From an uncultured Bdellovibrionales bacterium (GTDB taxonomy: Bacteria > Bdellovibrionota_C > UBA2361 > OMII01), in the NCBI GenBank assembly GCA_964655155.1, contig CAZZLV010000001.1, forward strand, positions 1 to 50,670: a stretch of 50,670 nt of DNA, written 5' to 3'. The position numbers and the translations under genes were made by a program. The notes under the pieces are model-generated. The model ran no database searches. It was not told the DNA's origin and was given only the letters and a program-made list of their open reading frames with translations. This document shows positions 48,389 to 50,670 of this stretch, piece after piece. Numbering within the stretch: position 1 is the stretch's first letter; each line of letters starts with the position of its first letter.

Positions 48389-49126
48389 TTAGAGCTTCAT
48401 GCGTTTAAATAAAGCCTCGGGGATGTGCTTAATTACCAGCATGATCGGTAGCCAAAACCATGGGGTGTAGACGATATTTTCGCCCCTAATCATAGCTCTG
48501 TGAATCCGTTTGCCAACCGTAGCTGGATGAGCAAACAAGGCTCCCTTAGGTAGATGTTGGGTCATTGGAGTGTCAACAAATCCCGGTTTAATCGCGGTAA
48601 CTGATACTCCCGAGTGGGCCAGGCGGTTTCGAAGACCCTGTAAAAAGGTAGATAGTCCCCCTTTAGCAGCACCGTAAATGTAGTTGCTTTGGCGGCCCCG
48701 GTCGCCAGCTACTGAGGAGATTACAGTTATGTTGCCACTGCCGCGGGTCTCGAAGTAGTTAGCTAGCCAGGATAGGAATGCTATAGGGCTCAGCAGATTT
48801 GAACGTAAGGCATCCTGTGCTTTTTGATACGTCCTCTGGCACTCGTGTTGATCGGGGAGGTCTCCATGCGCAATCAGCACTGCGTCCAGATCTTGCATTA
48901 TGCTCATAGCTTGCTCAAGGCGACGCTCGTGCGAAGAAAGGTCATGGGCATCAAAACTCGCCGTGTGAACTTCCAGCGCTCCTCTCACGAGCAGGTCGTT
49001 TGCCAGGTTCTCCAGCCGCACTTCATTACGTGCCAACAGAAAAAGAGATGCGCCACTCTTTGCAAATTCTCGCGCAACTTCTGTAGCGATAGCTGAAGTT
49101 GCACCGATAATCATAACCTTCTTCAT
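48389..49126 (-). CDS. Short-chain dehydrogenase/reductase, DprE2-like
   Basis: IIGATSAIA nucleotide-binding motif and YGAAK catalytic YxxxK. About 245 aa, immediately downstream of the DprE1-like gene. Confidence 0.7.
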   Translation of the reverse strand: MKKVMIIGATSAIATEVAREFAKSGASLFLLARNEVRLENLANDLLVRGALEVHTASFDAHDLSSHERRLEQAMSIMQDLDAVLIAHGDLPDQHECQRTYQKAQDALRSNLLSPIAFLSWLANYFETRGSGNITVISSVAGDRGRQSNYIYGAAKGGLSTFLQGLRNRLAHSGVSVTAIKPGFVDTPMTQHLPKGALFAHPATVGKRIHRAMIRGENIVYTPWFWLPIMLVIKHIPEALFKRMKL

Positions 49127-49157
49127 CGGTAATCAAAGCTCCAAATCATTGTCTAAA

Positions 49158-50480
49158 TCATTGCCGAACTCTGCGCCAGAAGCTCGAAGAGAAAGCAGGG
49201 TCTATGTGTTGGACGAACTCTTGGAGGCGTGGGTAAGATGCGACAAATGCCTCAGGCGACATTCGAGCGTCCTTCGCTGCATACAGGGCGCCCCCTGCTG
49301 CAAATACAATCGCATCAAGCTCGTTCATTAGTTCGAGGGTCGGGGTGCCTTCGTTTGGAAAATCAAGCGCTAGCGTTACTCCCTTTCTGGGAAACGATAA
49401 CATGCCCGGAGATTGTATATCTCCAAAAGTCTTCAGGACGGCTAGAAACGAGGCCCGTTTTGATCGGGTTATACGGGTAAAGATCTCTTTTATAATACTC
49501 CGATCCTGCTCGAAAGGAACGACTAGCTGATACTGAAAGAATCCGCGCCGTCCGTACATTCGGTTCCAGTTGAGAATAGCATCAAGCGGATAGAAGAACG
49601 GCTCGTAGTGGGTGAGACCCTCAACAACTCGCGACCTTTGCTTGTTGTAGTAAAGAGTATTAAAGCTCCTCATAAATAGTGAATTAAGTAACCATCCAGG
49701 CGCTTCACATGGAAATGGCAGCGATCGATTCGATCGATTTCCGGGTTTGGTGCGCTCAGAGAAGTTGCCGGCCATAAAGAGGCCGCGTCCGAGGTTTGGC
49801 CCCTCAGATGTGCAATCTACCCATGAGACGCTGTATTCAAAAAGCGAGTCGCTCTCTTTGGAGATATCGAAAAATTCATCAAGGTTGCGGAACTTAGTAG
49901 TAAGTGTGTTGAGATACGGTGATCGGATTGGAATTAACTGGATCTCGATCCAGGTTATTAATCCAGTCAGGCCTAGTCCAGCGATAGTTGCAGAAAAGAG
50001 CTCCTTATTTTCTCTAGGCGAGCATACGATTCGCTCGCCTGTAGAGCGCAGAAGCTCAAAGCGCCGCACGTGTCTACCAAAAGTTCCAGCCACATGATGA
50101 TTTTTGCCGTGGATATCGTTTGCAACTGCACCTCCGAGCGTCACAAATTTTGTGCCTGGAGAAACTGGCAGGAACCAGCCGCGGGGCACAAATGTCTCAA
50201 GGATGGTTGCCAGGCTCGTGCCAGCTTCCGCACATACGATTCCGTTGCTAGAATCGAATGCAATAAAGTTGTCGAAATGCGCCATCGGGATGACTGAGTT
50301 TTCATCATTTAGGCAACTGTCGCCGTAGCTTCTGCCCAGTCCGTATGGCAAAACTGTGTGCAAGGGCCCTGAAATGGGAAGCGGCTCAGAGAGCGAACGT
50401 ATGGCCAGGGTGCGCTGGTTTTGAGGTCTTGGATAGCGTCCCCATGAGAGATACTCCCTGTTTTTGCCATTGGTAGCCAT
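49158..50480 (-). CDS. FAD-binding oxidoreductase, DprE1-like (PCMH-type FAD domain)
   Basis: YGLGRSYGDSCLN and GGAVANDIHGKNHH motifs, 440 aa, arranged with the SDR as in the mycobacterial dprE1-dprE2 pair. Confidence 0.65.
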   Translation of the reverse strand: MATNGKNREYLSWGRYPRPQNQRTLAIRSLSEPLPISGPLHTVLPYGLGRSYGDSCLNDENSVIPMAHFDNFIAFDSSNGIVCAEAGTSLATILETFVPRGWFLPVSPGTKFVTLGGAVANDIHGKNHHVAGTFGRHVRRFELLRSTGERIVCSPRENKELFSATIAGLGLTGLITWIEIQLIPIRSPYLNTLTTKFRNLDEFFDISKESDSLFEYSVSWVDCTSEGPNLGRGLFMAGNFSERTKPGNRSNRSLPFPCEAPGWLLNSLFMRSFNTLYYNKQRSRVVEGLTHYEPFFYPLDAILNWNRMYGRRGFFQYQLVVPFEQDRSIIKEIFTRITRSKRASFLAVLKTFGDIQSPGMLSFPRKGVTLALDFPNEGTPTLELMNELDAIVFAAGGALYAAKDARMSPEAFVASYPRLQEFVQHIDPAFSSSFWRRVRQ

Positions 50481-50670
50481 GTGCGGAGCAGTTTCCTTAC
50501 AAAACGTTCTGTTTGGCGTTTGGTCTATTTGGCTGTCTGACTCAAACTGCGGCTAGGGCGTCGCAGTTCTCTCTATCTCTAAGAGGCCAAAAATATGCGG
50601 AAGTTACAGAGATAATTAAGTTAAACTTCATCTGCCCGCACATTTTTATCCTTTTCGAAACTTCCAACGT

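Overview
This is a chromosomal, mostly housekeeping window of about 50% GC by eye, from a flagellated, probably Gram-negative bacterium. Gene order: tRNA-His, ampD, M23 peptidase, glyQS, a thiolase, flagellin, a saccharopine-dehydrogenase-like gene, an orphan TraD/VirD4-like ATPase, manA plus a eukaryote-type UDP-glucose pyrophosphorylase, a SYLF protein, argG-dapE, a tRNA cluster (Thr, Thr, Tyr, Trp), a divergent RelA/SpoT-fold protein, a DUF3617-like protein, sufBCD, the secE-nusG-rplKAJL-rpoBC block, an ABC exporter, ubiE-ubiX-ubiA, argCB, a single-domain response regulator and a DprE1/DprE2-like pair. I see no CRISPR array, cas genes, transposase, integrase, phage genes or recognisable defence island, and I cannot support a novel multi-gene system here. 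The unusual feature is that almost every long intergenic region holds one of three families of short, non-coding, hairpin-rich MITE-like repeats. F1 is about 176 bp with 9 copies, F2 about 150 bp with 5 copies, and F3 is 54-130 bp with 3 copies plus a possible 32-nt relic. Together they cover roughly 2.6 kb, about 5% of the window. Nested insertions (F1 inside F2, F3 inside F1) expose the insertion footprints. All nine F1 copies share one orientation. One F2 copy supplies the C-terminus and stop codon of dapE. Two F3 copies sit exactly on TAG stop codons. Secondary points of interest are the RelA/SpoT-like protein beside the tRNA cluster, the orphan coupling-protein-like ATPase bracketed by direct F1 copies, and the interrupted tRNA-Trp/secE synteny. 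All product calls rest on motifs read by eye; no database search was run.
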